NCBI GenBank assembly: GCA_964594615.1
Contig: CAZQNZ010000003.1
Span: forward strand, 1-47,670
Origin: an uncultured Planctomycetia bacterium
Lineage (GTDB): Bacteria > Planctomycetota > MHYJ01 > CAYXQY01
DNA length: 47,670 nt
Direction: 5' to 3'
The translations under genes and the position numbers were made by a program. Positions 16,871 through 26,740 of the stretch are shown one piece after another (positions within the stretch are counted from its first letter, which is position 1; each line of letters opens with the position of its first letter). Below the pieces are notes generated by a model. It was not told the origin of the DNA. It was given only the letters and a program-made list of their open reading frames with translations, and searched no databases.

Positions 16871-17943
16871 GGGCTCAACTCCCTTTTTAAAATAGATTGA
16901 AGTGTACCGTGTATCTGCCGTGAACAGGCTTTGTACGTTTCATAGCTTCCTCCGACCGGGTCATCAATGCCTCCCTGTTCCCCGTTCAGCACGTGCACAC
17001 GATCCGTTGCTTCCGGCACCTCCTGCACGATCTGTTCGCGGTGGTGCGGGGTCATGGCGAAAATGTAGTCCGATCGACAGACGAGGGAACGAGTGACCGG
17101 CTGCGTTGTGTGGTCCTCCAGCGTAAGGCCGTACTCGTTCTGCAGCACATGCTGTGCCTGATCGGCGGCCGCCCCCCCCTCTCTCGCACTAACGCCCGCG
17201 GAGTAAACCTGGACCGGTTCCTCCATGTCCGTATCATCGTCGAGCATCTCCTGAAATAGACGAGCGGCCATGGGACTCCGACAGGTGTTTCCGGTACAGA
17301 CAAACAGGATCTGAATCCCGGATTCCTCCGCGATCTGCTCCACCGATAAGGCCCCTTCTCGAAGTATGTCCCACCCGTCTCCGTCAATGCGGACGACGGT
17401 GGAGGACGTACCGTGTTCCACGGGCCCCCCATCGATGACGTAGGATAGTTTGCCCTCGAACACCTCAAGCACCTCGTCGGCGGACAATGCGGGGTCGTCT
17501 CCGCTGAGGTTGGCCGAGGGGGCCACCACCGGAACGGCGGCGGTGCGAATCAGGTCCCGTGAGATCCGGTGATCGGGTAAGCGAAGTCCAATCGTTCCCC
17601 GTTCCGAGTGGGGAAGGACCAGGGTCAGGGGTCCGGGCCAGAACCGTTCGGCAAGCCGTGCGGCCATTGGAGGGGGGGACGGACAGTGGGTCCAGAAGTC
17701 TTCCATGTCCGCAATGTGTGTGGTGAGTTTTTTGTCCGGCGGACTCTTGCGAATTTCCAGGAGTCGTTCGACCGCCTTGTCGTCCTGCTCGTTGGCCGCG
17801 ATGCCGTAGACGGTTTCCGTGGGAAAGCCGACAAGATGGCCGTTTCGGACGGCGATGGCCGGTTCCTCAAGGAGGTCCGGTCGGTAACGACCTTCCGAAA
17901 CGTCGATCACGGAGGTCTCCTCATCGATAGATTCGGTATCCAT
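16867..17943 (-). CDS. tsaC: Fusion of a TsaC/YrdC threonylcarbamoyl-AMP synthase domain and an LMW protein (Arg/Tyr) phosphatase
   Basis: FPTETVYG, FWPGPLT, PSANLSG, SSTVV..REGA; then LFVCTGNTCRSPMA and DDPVGG. Confidence 0.88.
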   Translation of the reverse strand: MDTESIDEETSVIDVSEGRYRPDLLEEPAIAVRNGHLVGFPTETVYGIAANEQDDKAVERLLEIRKSPPDKKLTTHIADMEDFWTHCPSPPPMAARLAERFWPGPLTLVLPHSERGTIGLRLPDHRISRDLIRTAAVPVVAPSANLSGDDPALSADEVLEVFEGKLSYVIDGGPVEHGTSSTVVRIDGDGWDILREGALSVEQIAEESGIQILFVCTGNTCRSPMAARLFQEMLDDDTDMEEPVQVYSAGVSAREGGAAADQAQHVLQNEYGLTLEDHTTQPVTRSLVCRSDYIFAMTPHHREQIVQEVPEATDRVHVLNGEQGGIDDPVGGSYETYKACSRQIHGTLQSILKRELSP

Positions 17944-18191
17944 CGTGTTTTCGGAGAACGGAGTTAAATACCGCGCTGAACGTCAGTTCGACACACGAGA
18001 ATGGAACAAGGCACACCGGAATGTACCAAAACCCGCTTGTCAAATCAAAAGAACAGGACGCCCGGTACAGGGAGGATTCACGGGGTGAACGGGGTCAACT
18101 CAGAGGGTGCTTCCCGCTGGTATCCCGAAGCACGCGTGCGTTAAAATACACCTCGTTCAAAAACATCACGTTGTCAATACAGGAGTCGATC

Positions 18192-19742
18192 ATGATTCCG
18201 GATTTTGAACCCGTCGGACTGAGTGAGCTGGAGGACCCGGATGTACAGGAGGAGTTTCAGGAGGCCATTGATCAGGTGGATTCGGAGGGGGGGAAAGAAT
18301 ACCCGATGATTCTGGGAGGGGAGGACATCTGGACGGATGATTACATCGAATCCATCGATCCGGCAAACCATGATCACGTTGTTGGACGGGTGTCAAAGGC
18401 CACTGCTGAGCACGCGGAGCAAGCGATTCAGGAATCCTGGGACGCGTTCGAGACCTGGCGAGATTTTTCGGGTGAAGAGCGGGCCCGGGTCATGTGGAAA
18501 GCGTGCGAAATCATGAAGGAACGCCGTCACGAATTGTCGGCGACGATGGTTGCCGAGGTGTCCAAGAACTGGCTGGAAGCCGACGCGGATACGGCGGAAG
18601 CGATTGATTTCCTGAATTTTTATGGGCACGAAGCCGATCGACTGGGTCAACGACAACCGCTGACCCGGCTTCCCGATCGGGACAACGAACTCTATTATAT
18701 TCCTCTGGGGGCCGGAACGGTCATATCGCCGTGGAATTTCCCGCTGGCCATTCTCTGCGGCATGACTTCCGCGTCGATTGCCGCCGGCAACACCACTGCG
18801 GTCAAACCGGCCAGTGACTCGGTGGTGATCGGTTACAAGTTTGCCGACATCCTGCGCGAAGCCGGTCTTCCGGAAGGGGTTCTGAATTTTCTTCCCGGCG
18901 GGGGCTCAAGCGTCGGAAGCACGCTGGTCGAACATCCGAAAACTCGCTTCATCAACTTCACGGGCTCTCGCGAGGTGGGAACGCACATTTACGAGGAAGC
19001 GTCCAAGGTGCGGGAGGACCAGATCTGGCTGAAGCGCGTTCTGGCGGAAATGGGAGGCAAGGACGCCGTCATCGTTGACAACGAGCTGTATGACACGCAG
19101 GAGGCGGTGAACGGTGTGGTCAAGTCCGCGTTCGGGTTCCAGGGTCAGAAATGCAGCGCCGGCTCACGACTGATTCTCCATGATGATGTGTACGACGATG
19201 TGCTGGAGTCCGTGGTGGATCGGACGGAGGAGATTTCCGTCGGAGATCCCCGCGACCCGGAACATTACATGGGGGCGGTCATCAACCGGTCACAGTTCGA
19301 TAAAATTAGTCAATACATTGACATTGGAAAGGACGAAGCTGAGCTTCTCACCGGCGGTGAAACGGATGATTCGGATGGATATTTCATTGAGCCGACCATC
19401 TTTGCCGATGCGGATCCGGATGATCGTATTTCTCAGGAAGAAATCTTCGGCCCGGTTCTGAGTGTGATCCGGGCGGATGATTTCGATCATGCCATCGAGA
19501 TTGCCAACGGCACGGAGTATGCGCTGACCGGGGCGGTCTTTTCGAAAAACCGGAAACACCTCGAGCAAGCCCGCGAGGAGTTCGAAGTGGGCAACCTGTA
19601 TTTCAATCGGAAATGCACCGGTGCACTGGTGGACGTGGAGCCGTTCGGCGGCTTCCGGATGTCCGGAACGAATGCCAAGGCGGGCGGGCGGGATTACCTG
19701 AAGCGTCTTTCCAAGGTAAAATCGGTGTCCGAACGCCTGTAA
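18192..19742 (+). CDS. pruA: L-glutamate gamma-semialdehyde (P5C) dehydrogenase, RocA/PruA type
   Basis: ATG after [60 protein letters not shown]. Confidence 0.95.
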   Translation: MIPDFEPVGLSELEDPDVQEEFQEAIDQVDSEGGKEYPMILGGEDIWTDDYIESIDPANHDHVVGRVSKATAEHAEQAIQESWDAFETWRDFSGEERARVMWKACEIMKERRHELSATMVAEVSKNWLEADADTAEAIDFLNFYGHEADRLGQRQPLTRLPDRDNELYYIPLGAGTVISPWNFPLAILCGMTSASIAAGNTTAVKPASDSVVIGYKFADILREAGLPEGVLNFLPGGGSSVGSTLVEHPKTRFINFTGSREVGTHIYEEASKVREDQIWLKRVLAEMGGKDAVIVDNELYDTQEAVNGVVKSAFGFQGQKCSAGSRLILHDDVYDDVLESVVDRTEEISVGDPRDPEHYMGAVINRSQFDKISQYIDIGKDEAELLTGGETDDSDGYFIEPTIFADADPDDRISQEEIFGPVLSVIRADDFDHAIEIANGTEYALTGAVFSKNRKHLEQAREEFEVGNLYFNRKCTGALVDVEPFGGFRMSGTNAKAGGRDYLKRLSKVKSVSERL

Positions 19743-19746
19743 CGGT

Positions 19747-20664
19747 ATGACCCGGCTGGTTGTACACGGCGGGGCGGGCTCCATTTCCGAGGAGCGGCAG
19801 GAGGAACGCAAACCGGTGTTGCGCACAGCGGCGCGCGAGGGATACGATGTCCTTTGTGAGGAAGGAACCGCCGCGGAAGCAGTGGTGCAGGCCGTGAGGG
19901 TGCTGGAGGCGAATCCCCTGTTCAACGCGGGCGTGGGCTCCGCGTTAACCATCGACGGACGGGTGGAAATGGACGCGTGCTTGATGAGTACACGGGGTGT
20001 CCTGGGGGCCGTTTCGGAGCTACAACGTGTGAGGCACCCGATTGATGTCGCAAGACTGGTGCACGAGCGGACCGATCATTGTTTTTTGACCGGTGCGGGA
20101 CTGGAATCGTTTGTATCGTCCGCTGAGGTCCCACGATGTGACCCGGTCACGGATCGGCGTCGTGAGAAGTGGGAGCAGGTACGGACCCAGCTTCGGGACG
20201 CCGGGTATGAGGTAGATCGCATTCCCGATCCGGCGGTCTGGGGCCGTTGCCGTACCATCGTGGAGGAGGTACGACAACAGTGTCCGGACGACACCGAAAC
20301 CGTGGGGGCCGTTGCGGTGGATGCGGACGGGGAGGTCGCCGCGGCTACTTCGACCGGGGGAAAATCGTTCAAGCTACCGGGACGGGTCGGTGATTCACCG
20401 GTGGCCGGGGCGGGGACGATGGTTCGGGAGGCCGGAGGGGTATCGGTCACGGGAGACGGAGAGGGCATCCTGCGCATGGGTGTCGCTCACCTCGTGCTGG
20501 ATCAGCTCAAATCAACCGGTGCCGAGGAGGCCGCACGGCGCATCGTAGACCGCGCGGAAGAGCGGGGCGTGGAGTGCGGGCTTATCGTGATGGACCGGGA
20601 GAGCGGAGTGGACGGGTCAGCGTTCAACACGGACGCGATGAACACGGCGTCCATGCCGGGGTAA
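19747..20664 (+). CDS. iaaA: Isoaspartyl peptidase / L-asparaginase (Ntn hydrolase)
   Basis: VHGGAG, FNAGVGS, EMDA, autocleavage site E|TVGAVA, TSTGG, GRVGDSP, TGDGE. Confidence 0.92.
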   Translation: MTRLVVHGGAGSISEERQEERKPVLRTAAREGYDVLCEEGTAAEAVVQAVRVLEANPLFNAGVGSALTIDGRVEMDACLMSTRGVLGAVSELQRVRHPIDVARLVHERTDHCFLTGAGLESFVSSAEVPRCDPVTDRRREKWEQVRTQLRDAGYEVDRIPDPAVWGRCRTIVEEVRQQCPDDTETVGAVAVDADGEVAAATSTGGKSFKLPGRVGDSPVAGAGTMVREAGGVSVTGDGEGILRMGVAHLVLDQLKSTGAEEAARRIVDRAEERGVECGLIVMDRESGVDGSAFNTDAMNTASMPG

Positions 20665-20844
20665 CCGGAGAACGTCATTGCTACGGGCGAATTTTTCTGA
20701 TCCCCCTTTGCGGCACCCCTGCATCAGCTTCTTCGACGACCGCAAGGGTTGCGGTATGGATCTGAAATAGAAGTACCGCAGTGAACGGTACAGGTCCGTG
20801 GCGTAACATTCCGGGTTGCTGTTCCCGGCGGGGAAGAAGTCGGC

Positions 20845-22347
20845 TTACGTGCCCACAAGCTTTTCTTTCAGGTGGCTGACGATTCGCCTGTACTGTTCCT
20901 CGTCGTCCATCCGGTCTTCGACTTTGTTGACGGCGTAGTGAACCGAGGAATGGTTTTTATCACCGAAAAAGCTGCCGATTTCGGACAGGCTGTGGTTGGT
21001 CAGGCGCTTGCTGAGGTAGAGGGCCACGTGTCTGGCATCGGTCACCTGCCGGGACTGATCGTCCGACGTGATCTGATCCTCCTCTACGTCGAAGAAATCA
21101 CTGACCGTTTCCTGTATTGTACGCACGGTTACGGAGCGGGTTCGGGAAACCGCTCCGGATTGTCCGAGGAGATCCTTGACCTCGTCGAGCGTGAGTTCTC
21201 CGTCGTCCGCCAGGTCCGATGCGGCGGAGACGGCCGAAACAGCCCCTTCTATTTCCCGTATGCTGGACGAGATCCGTGCAATATAATTCATGATGTCTTC
21301 CTCCACCTGATCCCCGATAATGTCGAATTTTCGCCTGACGATGGCCAGGGCCGTTTCGTGGGACGGTTGATCCATCCGTGCCGTTAAGCCCCATTTGAAG
21401 CGTGACATCAGTCGTTCCTCGATGCTTGCCAGCTCGTCGGGCGGGCAGTCGCTCGAAAGCACAATCTGACTGTGACTGTTGTACAGGGCGTTGAAGGTAT
21501 GGAAGAACTCTTCCTGGCTGCCGGACTTGTTGGCGAGGAAATGTACGTCGTCGATGACCAGCAGGTCCACCTCCCGCAGTTCGTTGCGGATGGCGTCAAT
21601 GGATTGGTCCTGGATCCCGTTAATATACAGGTTCACAAATTTTTCACAGGGCAGGTACAGCACATTCTCGGCGGTCAGGTTCCGTTCGTCGTCTTCGATA
21701 ATGGCGTGGCAGAGGGCCTGAAGAAGGTGTGACTTTCCCAGTCCGACCGGGCCATGAAGAAAGAGGGGATTGTAGGCTCGCCCGGGTTCTTTGAGCACGG
21801 ACAGGGCGGCGGCGTGGGCCATCCGGTTGCAGGGGCCCACCACGAACTGCTCGAACCGGTAATCGTTTCGAAGCGACAGCTCATGGCCGGGGAGGATCTG
21901 GTTGACCTGTTTCTGCTGTGGGGACGGGCCGGAGCGAGAATCCGTATTGTTCGGCGATCCGTTCGGGGTGTTCCGGTTGGACCGATTATCAGGGTCCTGC
22001 ACCGCCTCACCGTTTTCCCGTGATGAAGCGGACGACGCTTTTGCGGCGCCGTCGCCGGTGCGGGACGGTGAGGCGGACCACTCCGTATCCCCCTCCGGCT
22101 CGCCATGAATGTCCAGGGAGACCTCTCCCCCCAGCACCTGTTTCACGGCGCGCCGAAGAGCTGACCCGAATCGTTCTCGGAAATACCGTGCCTGAGTTTC
22201 ATTTCGCAGACAGATCTCGATGCGCTCGTCACTCTGCTGCTCAATCGAGATGTCATCGAGCCATTTTTCAAACACGTCCGGTTCGTCGAGTTCACGACGA
22301 ACGGCCGTGATTAGACTGGACTGCGTCTCCGTATCTGAACTCGTCAT
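20845..22347 (-). CDS. dnaA: Chromosomal replication initiator DnaA (possibly a paralog)
   Basis: FVVGPCN, YNPLFLHGPVGLGKSHL, LLVIDDVHFL, QEEFFHTFN, RLMSRFKWGL, REIEGA, domain IV HTH. Confidence 0.95.
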   Translation of the reverse strand: MTSSDTETQSSLITAVRRELDEPDVFEKWLDDISIEQQSDERIEICLRNETQARYFRERFGSALRRAVKQVLGGEVSLDIHGEPEGDTEWSASPSRTGDGAAKASSASSRENGEAVQDPDNRSNRNTPNGSPNNTDSRSGPSPQQKQVNQILPGHELSLRNDYRFEQFVVGPCNRMAHAAALSVLKEPGRAYNPLFLHGPVGLGKSHLLQALCHAIIEDDERNLTAENVLYLPCEKFVNLYINGIQDQSIDAIRNELREVDLLVIDDVHFLANKSGSQEEFFHTFNALYNSHSQIVLSSDCPPDELASIEERLMSRFKWGLTARMDQPSHETALAIVRRKFDIIGDQVEEDIMNYIARISSSIREIEGAVSAVSAASDLADDGELTLDEVKDLLGQSGAVSRTRSVTVRTIQETVSDFFDVEEDQITSDDQSRQVTDARHVALYLSKRLTNHSLSEIGSFFGDKNHSSVHYAVNKVEDRMDDEEQYRRIVSHLKEKLVGT

Positions 22348-22516
22348 ATCCCCTCCAATTTGTATCCCCTCCAGAAGGCGGGACCACGGTGTTCGTTCAG
22401 GCGTACAAGCACGATTTCACGTAGCTTCTCGAGTGAAATTTTGGCCCATCTCAGCGCTCCGTAAATCGCTGATCAGGCGGGCCAGTTCTCACTCCTGAAA
22501 CGAAGCTACGCTTTAT

Positions 22517-22545
22517 AAAATAGAGGCGAGTAATTCCGGTGTCAA
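22517..22545 (-). promoter_or_regulatory. sigma70-type promoter of dnaA
   Basis: TTGACA-17 nt-TATTTT on the minus strand, about 170 nt upstream of the start. Confidence 0.55.
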
Positions 22546-23358
22546 ATGAAAAATTGAGCCGTTATTGAGCGATATTTAGCTAACCTATTGCCCCCCTTAT
22601 GTTTAACCGATTTCGGGAAATGCCCGATTTGGGCAGGTAGACCACAAGTCAATTATGAAGGGGTCTCGTTGCTTCGACCGGTAGTCGAAAAACTGGGGGA
22701 CAAATCAAGGGCATCCTCTTATGTTGGATAAACGCTGAGGCTCGTAAATGTGGGAAGACCATCGGTGGAACAATGATGGAGGTTGCAAGGGGTGTGGCCG
22801 GTAAAGCACGGACATGTCGTTCTTCTCAGATCACAGGATCCCCGAAGAATGGGGTCCGGGAAATAGGCTGATGGCGAACACAACGACACTACTTGTAGCG
22901 AGAAGCATCTTTTGTCGAAAGTGAACGTGATCTCATCAGCGATCCGCTGTGCGTACTGCTGCAAGATGTGCGGGATCTTGAGGAGCGGTGAACTCTCGGT
23001 ACCCGAAACCGAGCTCCGTTGGATGGTCGAAGGAACGGGATGGACGCTGCCTGAACGTGGCGCGGCGTTTCGGTGTTTCCCGAACCTGGGGAGATCCTGG
23101 GTTCAGGGGTGTTCCGGATACGTGGTACGGGTCACGGTGCGGATGAATAACAGGAGCCTGGCATTCCGTTTTTCAGCGTGGTCGATCCGTAACGGTGCTG
23201 TCGGATTGTTTCTGGGTGGAATGTCGTTTAAGCTTTGTACATTCATCCTTCTAGCTTGGGCCCGGTATGTTCGGGTACCCGAAGGGGTCCAATCCTTGCG
23301 AACGCTGCAGACGAATTTTGATTCCTAATTTTACATTCTTGTTACAGGAGACGTAGAT

Positions 23359-23787
23359 ATGCCTGAAGCGAAAGAGGGCGACACCGTACGAGTGCACTAC
23401 AAGGGAACGCTAAACGATGGATCGGTTTTTGAGGACACGACGGACAAGGAACCTCTCGAATTCACACTGGGTGAGGAAGACATCCTGCCCGGATTTTCCG
23501 ATGCCATTACGGGAATGAGTCCCGGCGACGAGAAAACCATCGAAATTGCCTCGGACGAGGCGTTTGGACCCCGTCAGGAAGACCTGGTTCAGAACGTTCC
23601 GGAGGATCAATTCCCGGAAGACATTGAGCTGGAGGAAGGGGTTCAGCTGGAGATTCCACAGGAAGGTGGGGGCGTCGTTCACGCCATTGTCTCCGAGCTC
23701 GGTGAATCGGAGGTCACGCTGGACGCGAACCATCCGCTGGCCGGCGAGGATCTGACATTTGAGATCGAACTTGTCGAAATCGTCTGA
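23359..23787 (+). CDS. FKBP-type peptidyl-prolyl isomerase (SlyD/SlpA-like, no His-rich tail)
   Basis: GDTVRVHYKG, PLEFTLG, AFGPR, LDANHPLAGEDLTF. Confidence 0.95.
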   Translation: MPEAKEGDTVRVHYKGTLNDGSVFEDTTDKEPLEFTLGEEDILPGFSDAITGMSPGDEKTIEIASDEAFGPRQEDLVQNVPEDQFPEDIELEEGVQLEIPQEGGGVVHAIVSELGESEVTLDANHPLAGEDLTFEIELVEIV

Positions 23788-23807
23788 ACATATGACGCAT
23801 GACGCAT

Positions 23808-23834
23808 CCCCCCGTGAAATATCGGGGGGTTTTC
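23808..23834 (+). terminator. Intrinsic terminator after the PPIase gene
   Basis: CCCCCCG-TGAAATAT-CGGGGGG followed by TTTT. Confidence 0.7.
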
Positions 23835-23851
23835 GTATGTCCGCGCGGAGT

Positions 23852-24892
23852 CTATTTGTCCGCCTTGTCGGTAAGGGTCCCTACCACGGGTTCGAGTGCA
23901 TTCACCACCCGTGACATGGCGGTGTAATCCAGTGTTTCGGGTTGGTCGGTGGAGGCGTGGTAGTGGGGATTGCGAAACACGGCGGTGTCCGTCACCATGA
24001 TGCCGGGATATCCTTCCTGCCAGAAGGACCAGTGATCGGACCAGCCCACCCCCTCTATCCAGCCGGGCGGAGCTCCTCCCTCGGACGGAATCGTGGCGTG
24101 CTTTCGAAACGTTCGAATGCACCTGCGGACCAGGGCCCGGTTCGAAAAATTGCTGACAAACCCGATGAAATCCCCGCGGGACGGATACAGCATGGAAAGC
24201 GGAAACGGATAATCCTGGCTGTTAGGCTCGTCCGAAAAATATCCAATCATCTCCAGGCTGACCATGGCAACGATCTGTTCGTTTCGCTGCCGGGCTCGTC
24301 TGGCGTACACCCAGCTTCCCATCGTTCCCTCCTCCCGGTAAAACGGAGGTTCTTCGTTCACAAACGCCACGAAACGGAGGGTGCGGTCCGGGGATCGTTT
24401 CGCGTACATCCGGGCCAGTTCCAGAACGCCCGCCACGCCGGACGCGTTGTCGTCCGCGCCGGGGTTGTTTGCTGTATCGTAATGTGCACCGATCACAACG
24501 ATTTGCTCCGGGTGGGTGGCCCCTTCAATTTCGACCTCCAGATTGGCAACGGGGTGGTTGTGCACGGAAAATTCCCGTTCCTTCGGGGAAAAACCCATTT
24601 GTGTCCACTGATCAAGAATATATCTTCGGGCCCGGTCCAGCGATTCGGGAGAGAACACGTTTCGATCGCCAATCTCACCGGCCAGGGTACGAACGTGCGC
24701 CTGAAGTCGATCCCGCAGATCGCGCTGTGGTTCGGTCAATGCCGGAGGAGGTTCTTCGAAGGAGCTTTCGGGCATGTTGAACATGGTGCATTGCACAAAC
24801 GTGATCAGGGCAAACAGAAGTACCAGATAGCATCCGCTTCGCCACCAGCCGAAGCGCAACAGGTCAAAGAATTTTTGAAGATGTTGATTCAT
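23852..24892 (-). CDS. M28-family metallopeptidase, membrane-anchored (start uncertain)
   Basis: IGAHYDT, GADDNASG, NEEPP, LEMIGY, SDHWSFW, YHASTD. Confidence 0.9.
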   Translation of the reverse strand: MNQHLQKFFDLLRFGWWRSGCYLVLLFALITFVQCTMFNMPESSFEEPPPALTEPQRDLRDRLQAHVRTLAGEIGDRNVFSPESLDRARRYILDQWTQMGFSPKEREFSVHNHPVANLEVEIEGATHPEQIVVIGAHYDTANNPGADDNASGVAGVLELARMYAKRSPDRTLRFVAFVNEEPPFYREEGTMGSWVYARRARQRNEQIVAMVSLEMIGYFSDEPNSQDYPFPLSMLYPSRGDFIGFVSNFSNRALVRRCIRTFRKHATIPSEGGAPPGWIEGVGWSDHWSFWQEGYPGIMVTDTAVFRNPHYHASTDQPETLDYTAMSRVVNALEPVVGTLTDKADK

Positions 24893-25174
24893 GATCCGTA
24901 CCGAACGCTCACCTCTTATCTTCCCGGAGTTCGAAGAGCAGAGCACCTCGGGGGAGGAAACAGGTATGTTAATTCGAAACACTCGTGATTTCAGGGGGAT
25001 GGATGAAAAGAGGAAAATTGAAATATTACGGAAAGGAATTTAGCATGATGAATCAATTTTCTCTTCTCAGTTTGGTGGTCCGTACGATAGACGCTTCTTC
25101 ATGATCACACGTTTTCCGCACCTCCTTCAGACCTCGAACCGGCACGTGAAACGTTGTATTGGGAGGTGGCACAC

Positions 25175-26740
25175 GTGATTATCGGAATCGACGCGGGGGG
25201 AACCAACGTGGACGCCGTGCTACTCGGATCGGACGGCGTTTTGGACGACGTGAAATCCGCCGAAACGGACACCTCCGCAGCCATTGCCGACGTGCTGGAG
25301 CAACTGCAGCAACACCACGAGCTTTCTGCCGTGGATCGTGTGGTTGTTGCCACAACCCTGGTATTGAACGCGGCCGTGGAAGGACGATTGCCGGATTGTT
25401 CCAACTTCATCCTGCCGGGACCCGGACTCAGCCCTCAACTCGCGTTTCACGGGGAGGAAAACCAGGTGCTGGAGGGATGTGTGGATCACCGTGGACGAGT
25501 GACGGAGACGGTGGGGGACGTACCGCAGCCCGGGCATGAAGTCGTGGCCATTACCTCGAAATTTTGCACCCGTAATCCGGACCTTGAACAGATGGTGTTC
25601 CGGGAGGTGGATCGTCCGGAAGACCGGGTGGCGCTGGGTCATCAAACCAGCGGACGCCTCGGATTTCCCAAACGGGCGGCAACGACGGTTTTCAATGCGA
25701 AGGGATCACCGGTTCTCAAAGAGTTTGCCGGGGAATTAACGGAAAACATCCGGCGGCAAGGCGTTGAAGCCCCGGTTTATTTTATGAAGGGAGACGCGGG
25801 TATGCTGACCGAGTCGATTATGTCGAAAACGCCGTCCCAGACCGTTCGAAGTGGACCGGCCGCCAGTTCACTGGGCCTGCTCTCACTAACAGGAGAGAAG
25901 GAGGCGCTGTGTGTGGATATCGGGGGAACCACGACGGATATTACGCTGATTGAAGAGGGGTATCCGGTACTGCAGGACGGATTTGAGGCGGGGGAGCTGT
26001 ACAGCCTGTATCGAGCAGTTGATTCAATTGATCTTCCGATCGGGGGTGACACGCGTGTGAAGGCATCCGGATTGACCGGCAACCGGGAGGGAAAGGCGGC
26101 GGCGTTTGGAGGAGATCGGCCAACGCCGACGGATGCGCTGCATGTGCGGACCGATTTTACGGCGGGTGACGCGGAAGCGGCCCGGCGGGCGATGAAGAGC
26201 GTTGGTGATCCGGCCGACGTTTCCAAACAGGTGATCGATGAGATGGTCACACGCATCTGCCGGGGCGCTGATGAGCTGGCCGACCGATTGGATCACCGTC
26301 CCGATCAACTCCTTGCAGGAGGGGTGCTTGCGCCCGTGCTTGTGGAATCCATCGGAGATCGGATCGAGTGGATTGAAGAGGCGAGAGCCCCGTCATTTGC
26401 CCATGTGGCCGGGGCGGTGGGTTGTGCGGCGGCCCGTGTGAGTTTGCAAACGCACGTACACATCGATTCAGCGCAGGGGGTCATGACGGTGAACCGCCTT
26501 GCCGGGGAAGAAAAGCGACACGTCAGCAAGGGAACGACCTTCGACGAGGAGGAGCTTCGGGAAATCGGTTGCGAGGAAGCGAAGGCATCCGCTTTGCAGG
26601 CGGGTGGGGGAGAAGATCAGGAGGCGGAGGTACAAACACTGAGGACATTTAATGTGGTGCAGCAGGGACGGCGACGCGGTCAGATTGCGAACATGACCTC
26701 TCAGGTCGTTCCCGGACTTGATCGATGGATCCAATCATGA
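25175..26740 (+). CDS. Hydantoinase/oxoprolinase (HyuA-like, ATP-binding) family protein
   Basis: GTG after GGAGGTG; IGIDAGGTNVD, TTLVLNA, SGPAAS, DIGGTTTDI, IGGD, PTPTDA. Confidence 0.88.
   Translation: MIIGIDAGGTNVDAVLLGSDGVLDDVKSAETDTSAAIADVLEQLQQHHELSAVDRVVVATTLVLNAAVEGRLPDCSNFILPGPGLSPQLAFHGEENQVLEGCVDHRGRVTETVGDVPQPGHEVVAITSKFCTRNPDLEQMVFREVDRPEDRVALGHQTSGRLGFPKRAATTVFNAKGSPVLKEFAGELTENIRRQGVEAPVYFMKGDAGMLTESIMSKTPSQTVRSGPAASSLGLLSLTGEKEALCVDIGGTTTDITLIEEGYPVLQDGFEAGELYSLYRAVDSIDLPIGGDTRVKASGLTGNREGKAAAFGGDRPTPTDALHVRTDFTAGDAEAARRAMKSVGDPADVSKQVIDEMVTRICRGADELADRLDHRPDQLLAGGVLAPVLVESIGDRIEWIEEARAPSFAHVAGAVGCAAARVSLQTHVHIDSAQGVMTVNRLAGEEKRHVSKGTTFDEEELREIGCEEAKASALQAGGGEDQEAEVQTLRTFNVVQQGRRRGQIANMTSQVVPGLDRWIQS

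Noticed and set aside
22348-23358. oriC next to dnaA; ORFs 22719-22964 and 22912-23328
   Set aside because: No cluster of DnaA boxes (only TTATCCAAC near 22723) and no clear unwinding element; the ORFs lack motifs and typical composition.
23942-24988. 348-aa plus-strand ORF (also 9768-10652, 45020-46009 and similar long antisense ORFs)
   Set aside because: Antisense shadows of well-supported genes, as expected in GC-rich DNA.
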